A stretch of DNA of 63,606 nt, the filler included, from Octopus bimaculoides (Eukaryota), in assembly GCF_001194135.2 (NCBI RefSeq). It is 7 parts of 7 records of this genome, joined end to end, with 100 filler letters (N's around TTAATTAATTAA, not from the genome) between each part and the next. Parts side by side here need not be neighbours in the genome. Positions count along the whole stretch, not along the records: positions 1 to 26,293 come from NC_068989.1; 6 more parts are not named here. The stretch is one strand, 5' to 3'. The notes beneath the pieces were generated by a model. The model searched no databases and had not been told where the DNA came from. It saw only the letters and a program-made list of their open reading frames with translations. Shown here in pieces: positions 11,971 to 25,989 of this stretch (positions are counted from its first letter, which is position 1; each line of letters opens with the position of its first letter). Both the position numbers and the translations under genes were made by a program.

Positions 11971-14704
11971 TGTTTTTTTTTCGTTTCGGGGCTGATTCCT
12001 GTTTTCACTTTGAACAACAAATCGTCAGCCGTAAGTCAGTTGAATCTTATTCTCTGCTTCGAATGTCAGAAACGAATTTCAATTTTTAAGTCTAAAAATA
12101 TAGAGTAAAGGTCGTTTTTTTTTTCTTCTTTTTTTTCTTTTGTTTTTTTCTAAATATTTCTTTCGTTTATTTCAGATCCATTTTGCAACAATTATATATG
12201 GAGATTAAATCAAAGATGCGTTCAGTCTGAAATCTATGATTTTCTTTTTCGTTTCTTTTGTCTTGCTTTTTAGAAACTTCTTCATTTTTTCATTGTTACG
12301 ATAAATATAATCTTAATGCCATATGGCTGAACAATCGTTTTATTTGTACTCTTTTTGGAAGTATATTTGCAATTGCCTTTTGCTTAAACAAAAATTTTAT
12401 ATTTGATGAAAAACACACACATGCACACACGCACAAACACACTCAGACATAGGCGCACACGTACACATACTATAGGCGCGACCCGACAAAGCCTAATCAA
12501 TAGGTTTGGTAGCCGGAAACTGAAAACAGTTGCTATTTTGCTTACGTCCCCATAAAGTAATGGTTAACAAAAAGAGTGTGATAGAATAAGTACCAAACTT
12601 AACAAAAATAAATATTGGGGTCACTTTGTTCGACTATAACCTCTGCGTAACAGTTTTATGTGACATTTCTGCTGCTTTTAAATAAAGCATATTACCCTAC
12701 CTCATGTATTTGAGTACACTTTTTTCCACCTTGTTACACATTTACGTGCTTACTCCGATATATATATATATANNNNNNNNNNNNNNNNNNNNNNNNNNNN
12801 NNNNNNNNNNNNNNNNNNNNNNNNNNNNNNNNNNNNNNNNNNNNNNNNNNNNNNNNNNNNNNNNNNNNNNNNNNNNNNNNNNNNNNNNNNNNNNNNNNNN
12901 NNNNNNNNNNNNNNNNNNNNNNNNNNNNNNNNNNNNNNNNNNNNNNNNNNNNNNNNNNNNNNNNNNNNNNNNNNNNNNNNNNNNNNNNNNNNNNNNNNNN
13001 NNNNNNNNNNNNNNNNNNNNNNNNNNNNNNNNNNNNNNNNNNNNNNNNNNNNNNNNNNNNNNNNNNNNNNNNNNNNNNNNNNNNNNNNNNNNNNNNNNNN
13101 NNNNNNNNNNNNNNNNNNNNNNNNNNNNNNNNNNNNNNNNNNNNNNNNNATATATGTATATATATATACATACATATATGTATATATATATATGTGTGTA
13201 TGTGTGTGTATAGAGAGAGATATATAGATATATATGTGCATGTATACACAAATATATGTGTGAGCATATATATGTGTACGTATGCTTATATATTTATATA
13301 TTATTTATATTATTATATGATTGAACGCCATGCATCCATTTCTAAGTAAGTTTTATCTTAATAATATCGATGCGACACTCATTATATCTTTTTTCCTCCC
13401 CTCTTTTGTTTCCTCTCTCTTCCTATCCCTTTCTGCCTTCTTCCTTCACTCTTTCGTTTCCTCTCCCTTTCTCTACTCTCCTTGTCTCCTCTTCTCTCCC
13501 TTTTGATTTCCTCTCTCATCCTTTCTTTCCCCTACCCTTCGCCGTTCTCTGCTTTTCTCTCTCTCTTTCTCCCTCACTCTTCCGTCTTTGCTCTCTCGTA
13601 ACTCGCACGTGACCGTCGGCCATCTTTCTTCTCCTATCTAGAATTTCCTTCTTTCTCTATGATCAGTCACAGGGATTGGCTGCATTTTTGTCTGTCTCTT
13701 GTCAGAGCTTGTTTCTTCGCGTTCATCATCTCAACTCCGCGTGGCTTAGCAGCCCTTCCTGTCTGTTTTCATCGTCTTGTTTTTGTTACCAGCCTTGACC
13801 CTCCACAAAATCCCAAATTTTATTTAATTTGCTTTGCAGGAGCAACTGTTATGTCGAAAACGTATCTAGTTGTGAAATGCTCGAAATACGAAATAGAAGA
13901 ACAGCTAACAACTGATTAAAGGTCGTCTTTTCGTATTGCTTGATTTGTTTTCCGTTTGTTTCTTTTACTGTTCGCAAAAAATGTTCATATTCCATGTTGT
14001 ATTTTGTATTTCATACTGTTTCCGTATTTTATGTTGTTTACGTTTCGGCATGTATATACAAATACATGTATGTACATATATATGTGTATGTATATATATT
14101 TGTATATTATTTATATTATATTATATATATATATAAATATATATATATATTTGCTATTAAAGTTTTCTTTGTGTCGCAGTTATCCCATTGGCATTATTTC
14201 CAGTATAGTGTCAAGTTTTGTATCACATCAATTACTATGTTTATTGTATTGAATAATATTATAATTTCGAAGAATACCTCGATTTGTAGGGCAATATTTA
14301 ATGGGGAAACATTTATCATGGCCAAATACATTTGTTATATTTTTTTGAATTGCTTCATCTTAATGTTACTTATATCGTTGGCCTTACATATGTTGTTGTT
14401 GTTGTTAACGCCGTCTGTTTTTAAACGTAGCATCTCTCAGCCCTGATCACCACCTCCATTGGTTTCGCCACAATGTACCTTGGACTATATTATATAAAGT
14501 GTTCGTAATTTCTGATTAGAAAAATTTGTATGTAAAATAAATCATATGATAGATAGCTAGATAGATAAATAGATAGATAGATACATACATACATACATAC
14601 ATATACATATATATTTTATAAAGTATATAGATATTTACGCATATATAATTATATGTGTGTGTGTATCAATCATAGATCAGCGGATAGGTAGATAATTATA
14701 CATA

Positions 14705-14745
<41 letters not shown>

Positions 14746-15719
14746 CATTATATTTCATGATATTTAGTATTGCTGAACTTTATTTATAATTTTTAATCGC
14801 CGTCGATTACATGTGTCTACATACGCATGTACGTTTCTGGTGGACTTATATCATCATTATATTCTCGAATAGAATGTCTCCATTTAAATCTTATTATTTG
14901 AATTAATTTGATATATACATGTGTTTCTTGATCCTAAAAGTACGTGAATGGAACAACATATGCCGCACACTCACGTCTTATAAATTACTGGAAGCATGAT
15001 TTCGTTTATTTGGATATATATTACTGAGAACGGAAGCTTTTTCTTCTACTAAAAAAATTACACACACAAATATACATATGTGTGTGGGGGTGTGTGTGTG
15101 TGTATGCACACACACTGATACACACGCGCACGTACCCCTTCATGCAAATGATTTTGCTGTATCTTCCATCATCGCAAGTTCCTGTGAGATTGATCTCAAA
15201 GTTGTAAGTTTTAAGAGCTAAATGGTAAATTTTTTTCTGTTTATCGTATAATAAATATAGCGTGTCAATTTTTCGTTTTGGTTAATACATTTTAAATCAT
15301 GACAACCATTTTTTGTATTGTCTTGTCTCACTAATTCGTTTATCTGTCAGTTTTTCTGACATAGCTGCTGCTACTATTGCTAATGTGATGATTCTAGTCA
15401 CTTAAGTTCTATTAGTTTAAAATATCTTCTGTGTTATCATTTATTTTTATTAGTTATTTTCTTCTCAATATCAATCAATTTTTCATTGTTCCCTTCTCTT
15501 GATTTTTTTTTATATCCGAAGTATTTAGCTAATTATATACCGTGCTATTGTATTTTTGTCATTTACAGCTGGTACTTATAGTTTTATACGCACATATTGT
15601 TTACCTATATTCACTGATATCTTCTTGTCAAAATATTATTTTAAAGAATATTGTGATTTGTTATGCAACTAGCCATCATATGTAGGAGATGAAAGAGCTA
15701 GTTATTATTTCCGTAAATT

Positions 15720-17330
15720 ATTAAGTTGCATCGTACTTATCGTTGTGACCTCATACCAATTTCAACAGCACTATTTTTGTGAGTTGGTGTCAATTGCCAT
15801 CCAAGATATTTGCTTCAAGCAGTCACAACTTAGATGTGTTTTATCATGCTCCCCCGGGAATCTCTCTCAGGCATTTGCTTTGGTAGGCCTTCGATTTCGT
15901 AAGTGTTTCTGCCAATAAAATCAATGTGTTGGCGGTTTATTTGTCCCTCTTAAGGTTTTTAAGGTAGGACTGCTTCAAACGTATAAAGCTTTTTGTTCGG
16001 CTATGTATAAATAGTCTGCATAGTCACCACAAAATTAGACAGCAATTGTAGAAATTGGCTAGATATCCCATAAACATCCTACGTATTGTGTTCACATGAA
16101 TAGCCTGGAGACATAATTGACTTGAATATATGTGTCAATGACGCTTGAAAAGCATGGTCAGTAGGTTACTATCCAATATTGTTCAGCGAAATGTTCGTCT
16201 TAACATTATTACTATTTCTAAATTTTTTCTTCTCCAGTATAAAGAATACACATCATCATAAATAAAAGAATTTTTTTTCAATATACTGTGATTTACAGTT
16301 TTTCATACAAGGAGCCCTTGTGTTTAGAGCCTCATCTACTTCTGCCAGAACTACATCCGGCATTCTGAAAATCCTGTCCAAGCTTAAATTTTCCAATGGA
16401 AACAGATCAGGCTACAAGAAGCATAGATAAGGCAACAACAGCGTGCTGAGCTTTCATCACATAAAGGATTGAGAAATGGCTGAAATGAATATATGCGCTA
16501 TTGTTGTTTTGACGAAATTCAAAGATTTGGATCCTTTATAGGTATGATTTAATCTCTTACATGAGAATACATGAGAGTGTGTGCACGATGAGGGCCGCTT
16601 TTCTACCACTCTATTGTGCATATGCCACATCTTTCAATTCTGAAGATGTTATATAACTTATGAGACGCGTCATGTTGATGAGCTTTTGTCGTAATTAAGA
16701 CTAACATTACGTTCTTCAGATCCGCTTATCTATTTACATAGAGAATTTCGATACCAGCTCGGAATTTTACACTTACAGACAACAAAGTATGCTACGTAGG
16801 TTTTTACGCATACTAATTCATAGTTTTTATAAACTATTTCTTCCAGTTTGAACAATATCAACATTTATTCAGCAAATATACAGCTGATGTGTCAAGTGAC
16901 TTTCTGAGAATTCGTAAAATTACAACGGCATTCCTCCTGCACATTCCTATGTAGAAAATGTGCAAAAGTTTTGGCAGGTCATTTACTTAGGGTTCCAGTG
17001 ATCCATTTTCATGGTCGGTCATGGTAGATTTTCACTTTGAATGTAAGACTGAATCCAACGTTTGTTATGATATTTGTACCGTAAGATGTCCTCTGAAATA
17101 ATGAATTATAGGATCTCATCAGTTTCTGAAAATGGTTGGAATCTAACGTGGGTTAGATAATAAAGTTTTGGCACAGCACATCCTGGTGGTTTTCCTTATA
17201 TTTCCCAGTATTAGCATACTTCTGGCGTGTAGCCTAATTGCCACCGCTTTAGTTGTCTATGTTTTGAATGTGGTTTGTTGTTAAACAATAGATTCTTGCT
17301 TCCTATGACATTAGAACTGTGGCGTACTTG
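15720..17330 (-). mobile_element. Degenerate Penelope-like element (RT to GIY-YIG)
   Basis: Minus-strand motifs PPGCAVPKLYYL, KTDEIL*FIIS, VLAEVDEALNTRAP, YDDV, then C..LCRLFIHSRTKSFIRLK...EH; heavily mutated. Confidence 0.5.
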
Positions 17331-18420
17331 ATGTTATTTTTAACTTTCGTTCAGCCTACTCTTCATTTCTGTACAAGCCAGTATAATGTATCGAGTGTGA
17401 TATTGCCCCGCTGTTTCTATATCTCCCCCTATCCTCCTTTCTCACATGTAAGTGTCTGGAAGCATCACAACTGAAGCCGGGATAAATGTTCATAGGTGCA
17501 CCCTTCTTTCTATTTACTAACTCCCTTATCGCAGAGAGAGTTTCTACTAATATTACCTCTCGTTTATATCCCATCTTGAATATCGATCTTATTTGTCGCT
17601 CAAGTGACTCTTCGAGTGGCACACCTAGAACTACATACATATTGTAATGATAACTGTTGCAAACAATTATCTTCTAAATACTAACAATCAATGAGAAGAC
17701 GGAATGAAATATTTTTTCTTTGGATTAATGTTAAGGATACAAATTTCTAACAGGTTGTGAAGGCAGGTCTTAGTAAGTTTCAACTGAAATGAAATGGAAC
17801 TTTTCCATTGAAAAAAGTTCTCACTTTTTTAATACCTAAAATATTACCAAATGTTTGAAACAGAAGAGAGAGGAAATGTCACAAATATAAAGTATGTTTT
17901 AAATAGAAGCTAAAAATGAATGAAAACAAAAATGTTTTCATAATATTCACATATCTTACATTTAACTAAAAAAAATGAAACATTAAGTTATTGACAGAAA
18001 ATTGTTGTAGCAAATGAATATAAGTTTTCGGAATTGTTTCACTGAATAGAGAATAGTAACGTTTAAATTAAAATTATCACCGATTGTATGCATAAAAAAA
18101 CAACTATTTCAAATAAATGTCAGTCAAATGTCACTTGTAGTAAATATATATTAAATATGAAAGAAATGTGAGGGAATAAAAACATCACTTCAACGATTGA
18201 ATTGAGCAATTTATTATATATCTATATGTGTTGTGAATATAATTAAATTTATATGCAAAACAGTAGGTTAAATTATGCTTATTTTGTGTTTTGGTATTTG
18301 CAACAGCATATTAAGTTACCAAAGATGTGATTAAATGATAAATTTTAATAACTACATTGTTCTGATACACACATATACACACATACACAAACACGCACGC
18401 ACAGACACACAGACACACAG

Positions 18421-18453
<33 letters not shown>

Positions 18454-18490
18454 CACACGCACACACACACATATATGTATATGTGTATGT

Positions 18491-18533
<43 letters not shown>

Positions 18534-18728
18534 CATAGACATACTATCAGATGGTTGTTACACATCGCTTGCAACAATGCACTTCGCATTATTTTCAAAC
18601 CTTTCAAAGGGGTCCTAGAGCAACGTGAAATGAAATGTTTTGCTCAAAAACCAAAACGCACAGACCGGCAGCCTAACTACTGTATATATGTATATACACA
18701 TATACATACATACATACATGTATGTGTT

Positions 18729-18772
<44 letters not shown>

Positions 18773-18782
18773 CTGAATGCGC

Positions 18783-18821
<39 letters not shown>

Positions 18822-20174
18822 NNNNNNNNNNNNNNNNNNNNNNNNNNNNNNNNNNNNNNNNNNNNNNNNNNNNNNNNNNNNNNNNNNNNNNNNNNNNNNN
18901 NNNNNNNNNNNNNNNNNNNNNNNNNNNNNNNNNNNNNNNNNNNNNNNNNNNNNNNNNNNNNNNNNNNNNNNNNNNNNNNNNNNNNNNNNNNNNNNNNNNN
19001 NNNNNNNNNNNNNNNNNNNNNNNNNNNNNNNNNNNNNNNNNNNNNNNNNNNNNNNNNNNNNNNNNNNNNNNNNNNNNNTATTTTGTCGTAGCCCCCATAG
19101 TTACCGAGAAAATCCATTAAAACAACCTGCGTGCGTGTATGTGAGTGTGTGTCACTGGAGCCATACATACATACATACATCCATCCATCCATACATACAT
19201 ACATACATGCATACATACATACATAATTATTCTCTCTCTTGGTTTTTTCTGTCAGTCACTCACACATTCACTCTCTACGAAAACTGAATAAAAAATTTCA
19301 GCTATCTCTCTCTTTCTTTCTTTCTCTCTCTCTCATATACACACACACCATCAGCATTACTCTCTCTGTCTCACACACCCCATCAAACATACACACACAC
19401 ACACACACACACACAGACATACGCATGCACAGCAATTCTTCCCTCTCACGCCAACTTCAAAAGAAGTTCAGTCATAAAACTGTCCATGTCTCTTTTCATT
19501 TGACGCTCACTTCAAAAGATCCCCTTACCCCAAAAAACATATTAAAAAATGTTTTCACTTGTCCGGCCATTGATCGAGAGATAAAACACAAACCACCTCC
19601 TGCTGACTGCAAAACTCACGGCAAATTAGCCGCAAAAAACACACACGCACACACGTCCATTTCATATGTCTTTCACTTTCTCTATAATTATACACACGCC
19701 CAATACAATAGCTCTCACGAACATTTTCGTCTTCAACAGGTATTATCTATTCTATAATATAAATTGTTTTTCTATAAGCGTATAACAATTACTTATTTCA
19801 TATATCTTCACTTAGCTTTTATCTTCACTTTTCTTAAATTGGATACGTCTGTTATTAATTCTTACAATTTCCCCGTTAATTCTTACAGCTTAATTTTCTG
19901 TTAAAGCTATTCTTAACGTCAACTACTTAACGCCTTTTCTATTTTTACCTACCCCCATACTTACCGAGAACAGCGATTAAATTTTTTTCAAATGCAATTC
20001 CCCTATCTTCGACCATTAACACAACCAGTTGTTCACACGCCTTACAGTTTCTCATTCAAACTACATAATACGCAGAATTGTCGCATTAATACATAAAGGA
20101 GCTTTGAGGGAGATTTGGTTGCTGTGGAAAGTTCTGAGGAGGGGAATTACTTCCTGGAAAGTTCCAAGGAAGGT

Positions 20175-20253
<79 letters not shown>

Positions 20254-20495
20254 NNNNNNNNNNNNNNNNNNNNNNNNNNNNNNNNNNNNNNNNNNNNNNN
20301 NNNNNNNNNNNNNNNNNNNNNNNNNNNNNNNNNNNNNNNNNNNNNNNNNNNNNNNNNNNNNNNNNNNNNNNNNNNNNNNNNNNNNNNNNNNNNNNNNNNN
20401 NNNNNNNNNNNNNNNNNNNNNNNNNNNNNNNNNNNNNNNNNNNNNNNNNNNNNNNNNNNNNNNNNNNNNNNNNNNNNNNNNNNNNNNNNNNNNNN

Positions 20496-20555
20496 TTACT
20501 GTTGCTTTTAGCCCCAGGAGGACAGATGTCCTCCTGGGGCTAAAAGCAACAGTAA
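20496..20555. repeat. Perfect 29-bp inverted repeat with 2-nt spacer
   Basis: ttactgttgcttttagccccaggaggaca-ga-tgtcctcctggggctaaaagcaacagtaa; the left arm begins at the gap edge. Confidence 0.95.
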
Positions 20556-20754
20556 CATCCACCCCTAGGGGTCAGCCACACTTAAGTGGCAATATACTAC
20601 ACTTTATATATATATACATACATACATAATACATACATACATACACATATCAACTGTAAATACGTGTCTGTTCATATATGCCTGTCCATATACACATGCC
20701 TCGTTTTACGTACATATACACATTCTAACGCAGATGCATATTTCATATTTTATC

Positions 20755-20895
20755 TGTCACTTGTTTGTCATTAAACTACGACCGTGCTGGATCACCACCT
20801 TGAAGAGTTTAGCCTTGCAAATAAACGTCAGTACTTATATTTTAAAAGCTTGGTACTTATACAATCTGTCCATTTTGCTGTACTGCTAAGTTACG
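20755..20895 (-). mobile_element. SINE family A tail fragment fused to PLE RT
   Basis: Minus strand ccgtaacttagcag...aagtacc...ggtggtgatccagcacggtcgtagtttaatgacaaacaag matches the SINE A tail. Confidence 0.7.
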
Positions 20896-22560
20896 GTGAA
20901 GAGGTCGGCCACATCTCCAGCTACTCCGACACCAATGGCTGCACCTTGAATCTGCATGTATAGCTTCTTGTTAAACTTTACTATGTGGTTCTTGAAGGTG
21001 GTCTTTACGCTACCCCCTATTGCATGTGCAATCATTCCTTTCACCTGATTGTTTTTTCTCAGGGTCTTGGGTGGGTACGGTCCTGCCACTCCAGCGCTCT
21101 GCGGGACTTCTTTCACTGCTCAGGTGATGGTAGGTGGTCTTCCCCTCTGTGACCTTGTGGGGAGTATCTTCTGAGTACATGGTCGTCTAAATAGTCACTG
21201 TCGTAGCTTAGGCTAAAAAGGAAGCCCAGTTCCCTCGTCTTGACTTCACGGAACTCTACTTCACTCTCAAACATTATCTCAATGCATTTCTCGAAAGTAA
21301 AATCTATGTCCATAGATGGATAGAGTGAAATCACATCCATACTACCCAGTACACAACCTGTGAGGTTGTTGAAGTGGTTGCAAGCACTGGTTTTACTGAG
21401 GAGATACTCCGTGCTCACCTAGACACCTGGGGACATTTCTATGAGAGGTCGTATTACCTGTGAGAGGAAGTAGGATAGTCGATAATAGCTGTAAGTATTC
21501 ACTCCGTAAACTGGTCGGGTTGAGGGCCCCATAACAAGGTTTATGTGAGGTTTATGGTCTTTGCGTGACCCGTATAGTGGTGGAACATCTTTATTATGTT
21601 TTTAGTCGTTTTGTTGTACCGTTCTGAGATGTGTCGGAGTCTATTTCTAGCTAAGGAGATCTTTGCTTCCCTTTCACTCTCAAGTTGGGGTGGGATACAT
21701 ACCATTTTGTTGAAGGGTAAGTCTGTGGGGTAGATCCTCGTCATGCCAGTCATATGATTTGTTGTTAAGGTCATAGAAGACAGAGTGTAGAGTCTTATTA
21801 TCGTTTTGGTTGTTGTTGTTGTTGTTATAGTAGCAGGCATTGTTGTTGCTAGTGGTGGTGGTGGTAGTGCTTGTGTTGTACCCATTGTTTTTGTTGTTAT
21901 TGTTGTAGGTGGTGTTGCTATTGGTATTGATGTGGGTGATGTTGTTGGTAGTGGTGTGGATGTTGTATCTAGCTGTTCTACACCGTATATTCCAGAAGTG
22001 TAATTGTTGTTGTTAGTGGTGGTAGTGAAGGTATAGTTTTTCGGTGTTCTGGCGCCGAAGTCCTCTGGTAGTTTACATTCCGACATGACAATCCAGTCGA
22101 TATCGATTGGGTATTTGTATTGATTCTTATCATGCTGGGATCGTTATTGTTGCTGTTTCATCCACTTGAGTTTGTTGTTGAAGTGTTTGTCACAGGCATC
22201 GTTTACTCGGCGGTTTTCTTCTTGAATGTTTGTCATGAATATGTCTCCTTCGTGTGGTGCATTGTTGTGTTTTAGTTCATGCAGTAGGACTCTCTTTCGC
22301 TTCTAGTACTGATAGATTTCTGAGTATATTTTCTTTTTGATTTTTCGTAACATCGTGTGTCTTAGTTTTTTTGCTTCATGTTCTGTGAGTCTTAGCCGCT
22401 TGACAGCCGAATTGACAGATTTCATGTATAGATTGGAGGAGATGCATGTTTTCATGACGTGGAGCTGTCGGGTAGCTAGTTTCATATTTAGACAGCAGAA
22501 CACGGTGTTTCTCAGCGTCTTGATAGTTTGACCAAAGCTTATTTTATTTCGTTTTTGGAT
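20886..22560 (-). mobile_element. Penelope-like element 5' half (N-terminus and RT up to subdomain 4)
   Basis: ORFs 22303-22503, 21541-22086, 21113-21418, 20886-21116: STRPVYG...YRLSYFLSQVIRPLI, LGSMDVISLYPSMD, KFNKKLYMQIQGAAIGVGVAGDVADLF. Confidence 0.88.
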
Positions 22561-22621
22561 TTGGTTTGCAAGATTTTTTATGAGTTCGTGTGTTGAAGGA
22601 CATTTTGTTGCGTGTGGGTAT

Positions 22622-22959
22622 AGTCATTCTCTTTTAATGCCCTATTATTTAACACACTCAACGATAAAGTTTCCACTCATTTACTTATCTATTTTTCTAA
22701 ATTTCTCGTTGCTTCTTGCAACCTTTTCAATAGTTGTTGGCTCCGTCCGTTATCCGTGCCGCGTACTTTTTCTTTGTTTGTGCGCATCTGTGTGGGTCCG
22801 TGTGTGTGCGCATACACATGTATATATGCATGTATGTATGTATGCATGCATGCATGCATGTAAGTGTGTATATATATGTATGTATGTGTGTACGTTTGCA
22901 TGCATGTATTCTGCATATTCATGTGTTTGCGTTTGTGCTTGTGTGTTCGTGTTTGTGTG

Positions 22960-23007
<48 letters not shown>

Positions 23008-23190
23008 ATGTGTGCGTGTGTGCGTACCTCTGTCTGGTTGTGTGTGCATGTTTGAGTGTGTCTGTATGTGTGTGTTTATGGGTTTTGTGCGGATATGTGT
23101 CTCCATATGCGTCCTTGTGAAGTGTGTTTATATAGTCATGTGTTTCAGTCTTCATTTGCATATGTATGCGTGTATGTGTGCTTGTCTGTT
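22622..23190 (-). repeat. About 600-bp CA/TA-mosaic dispersed repeat, copy 2
   Basis: Reverse-complement homolog of 1627-2229. Confidence 0.85.
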
Positions 23191-23332
23191 CATATTACCT
23201 ATGTACCTATCCGTCGGCATGTCTATCTGTTTATTTTCATAACCATTTGCCTGAATACATGTGCATATACATATACATATATATATACACACACACATAC
23301 ATACATCTACATAACAGCCCACTAATTATTCT

Positions 23333-23412
23333 ACTAACTATTCTACCTGTATATAAATATAAACTGTGGGTATACCCACAGTTTATATTTATATACAGGT
23401 AGAATAGTTAGT
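23333..23412. repeat. Perfect spacerless 80-bp palindrome
   Basis: actaactattctacctgtatataaatataaactgtgggta|tacccacagtttatatttatatacaggtagaatagttagt; outer arms (atacatacatctacataacagcc / ggctgttatgtagatgtatgtat) extend it. Confidence 0.97.
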
Positions 23413-23764
23413 CGGCTGTTATGTAGATGTATGTATGCATGTCTGTGTATATATGTATATGTATATTTATACGCACACACACACACTCACACACACGCAC
23501 TCACACACAACACCACACACACTCAGACACACACAGAGATCTCGATGATCACGATAGCTACATTGATTTTTTCATTTAAGGGATTTCCATATTATTCAAT
23601 AATTTCCATAAAAGAGAAAAATACATTTTTCAGATTCGATTTTTAAAATACCTTATATTATTTACTGTTATAATTAGTGAAGAACATTTTCATGAACAAA
23701 TGATTTCCATTGTTCTTTCCAATAGACAACATGTCTGTAGGTTTCAATCAGCATACAGAGTCTC

Positions 23765-24077
23765 AGAAGTGGCTGCGTGGTAAAAAGTTTGCTTCCCAAC
23801 CACATGGTTCCAGGTTAGGTACCACCGCGTCGCGCCTTGACTTCAACTATAAACTTGAGTGGACCTGGTTGATGGATTCTGAAAGAAACCCATCGTATGT
23901 ATATGTATGAGGGGTGGGGTGGCGCATGTCTTTGTGCCTGTGTTTGTCCCTACTCCCACCGCAAGAGGTTCGGCCAAAGACTTGATAAAGTGCTGGGGTC
24001 GGCTCATTCGACTAAAATTCTTCAGGGTGGTGCCCCAGTATAGCCGCAGACTAATGACCGAAACAAGTAAAAAGTAA
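23765..24077 (+). mobile_element. SINE family A, internally deleted
   Basis: gtggctgcgtggtaaaaagtttgcttcccaaccacatggttcc head and ggtggtgccccagtatagccgcag...gaccgaaacaagtaaaa tail. Confidence 0.85.
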
Positions 24078-24769
24078 TATATAAAAGATGTACGTATATT
24101 TAATACATATCTGTTTGTGTGGATGTGAAGTTATGCCTATATATGCATAGATAAACGTGTATTATACGCACAGACATTTCGACAGAATAATGTATGTGAT
24201 GTATAAATAATGTTAAATATTACAATAGCTGGATTGATAGATATAAATCGATTTATCAATAGTGTAGTTTCACTTCTCTCTCTTTGTGTATCTCTTATTA
24301 CTATATCTGTATGTATACTATATATGTTTGTATGTATGTATGTAAATATATGTATGTATTTATAATGATATGTAAATATGTATATACAAAAAAATATATG
24401 CATATGAACACATATATCTGTATTTGTACGTATGTATGTGTTTATATATATATATAAAAACAAAAATATACCCCGATATTTTCTCGTTCACTGCTTATGC
24501 CATGGAGCTGCATTAGATTACATTCTGTTATTAATGTTGTTTTCATATTTTTTTAATTTAATGCAGCAGAATATATGATACAAATGTAAAACGTAATCGT
24601 TGACTATAAAATAGAATGGGATAAAAATGGTTCTATTCTGAATTTTTTTTGTTTTGGAGTGGGTGATCGAAATATCGATATTTATGAAAACAGGGTACAT
24701 TATTAAGCTAAGAGGTAAGTGGGCAGAAAATAAGATAGCTATATCTACATGTAAGTGTAATGTATGTGA

Positions 24770-24825
<56 letters not shown>

Positions 24826-24865
24826 NNNNNNNNNNNNNNNNNNNNNNNNNNNNNNNNNNNNNNNN

Positions 24866-24927
<62 letters not shown>

Positions 24928-25094
24928 TTTGTGTGTCTGTGTCTGTGTGTCTGTGTGTCTGTGTCTGTGTGTGTGTGTCAGCGTTTCTGTGTGTGTAAAT
25001 GTATTCTCGCATTTCCCTTTCATATGACATTCAAAAGAAAATATCAAGACGAGTTTAAATTTCTTTTAAATCTTCAAGAGTGACTCTATTATCA

Positions 25095-25230
25095 GGAGTT
25101 TGCTTCCAAGTAACATGGTTCTCGGCTCAGTCCCACTAAGTCGTACCTTGGGCAAGTGTCTTCTACTATAGCCCCGCGCAGACTAAAGCTTTGTGAGTGG
25201 ATAGGGAGACTGTAACTGAAAAGAAGCCGA
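25095..25230 (+). mobile_element. SINE family A head/core
   Basis: catggttctcggctcagtcccact...accttgggcaagtgtcttctactatagcc...gtgagtggat. Confidence 0.8.
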
Positions 25231-25279
25231 GACGTTGATGTGTGGTGAGACGTTTGCTTCGTAGCCACACAGTTCTGAA

Positions 25280-25490
25280 GTGGAGGTGCGTGAATTAGTG
25301 GTTAGGGTGTTGGACTCATGATCGTAAAGTTGTTGTTTCGATTTCTGGACCTGGTGACGCATTGTGTTCTTGAGCAAAGCTATTCAATTCACGTTGCTCC
25401 ATTATACTCAGCAGGCAAAATGAATTATCCTGCAACGGACCGTGAGGATTTATATGCTATGGAAACCGGGAAACCGGCCCTTATGTGTCG
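25280..25490 (+). mobile_element. tRNA-derived SINE, third family
   Basis: A/B-box-like head ggaggtgcgtgaattagtggttagggtgttggactcatgatcg...gtttcgatttctgg, followed by gtgttcttgagcaa...cacgttgctcc. Confidence 0.7.
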
Positions 25491-25539
25491 GCATGACACG
25501 TGAACAAAACTTTACCTACATTTACGTGGTTCTTTGTTC

Positions 25540-25650
25540 AGTCTCACTGCGCGGCATTTTGTGTAAGTGTTTTCTGTTATAGCCTCGGGATGACCATAAA
25601 CTTGTGGGAGGATTTGGTAGATGGAAACTGAAAGAAACCCATCGTGTATG
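25540..25650 (+). mobile_element. SINE family A fragment
   Basis: cagtctcactgcgcggc...atagcctcggg...ggatttggtagatggaaactgaaagaaaccc. Confidence 0.8.
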
Positions 25651-25989
25651 TGTGTATATATGTATCAGTACATATTGTAAAGCTCAGTTTGTGAGTGTGT
25701 GTGGGGGGGTTGCCTCTATAGAAATCCACACCTTACAAGATAGCAATCTGAGAGTCGCATCAATGGATTCCTCATGGTCGAAAATGCCCGGAATCGGCAA
25801 TGTATTTATTTATTTTTTTTTTTTGCTTCCTAAGACGTGAATTTTTGTATTAAAAATAATTTTAAACCATAACTTCTAACAATTTTCAAGCCGGAGCATG
25901 AGTTAAGTCCCCTTCTAGCGACGGTGTAAACAGAGACAGAGAGATAACAGATTCTTTCAATTTCGTCTTTTTAGTGAGTGATACACAAT

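Noticed and set aside
16628-16680. CTGAAGATG...GAGACGCGTC motif
   Set aside because: The core is incomplete, stems I and II pair poorly, and it is antisense to the surrounding PLE relic.
17754-17772. 19-nt micro-exon candidate (ctaacag...GTAAGT); similar 16-nt case at 50980-50995
   Set aside because: Splice-like motifs are expected by chance in AT-rich DNA, the lengths are not multiples of three, and there is no supporting gene.
25280-25350. tRNA gene
   Set aside because: It has A/B-box-like motifs but no complete cloverleaf and continues into a SINE body; the same applies to family A and B heads.
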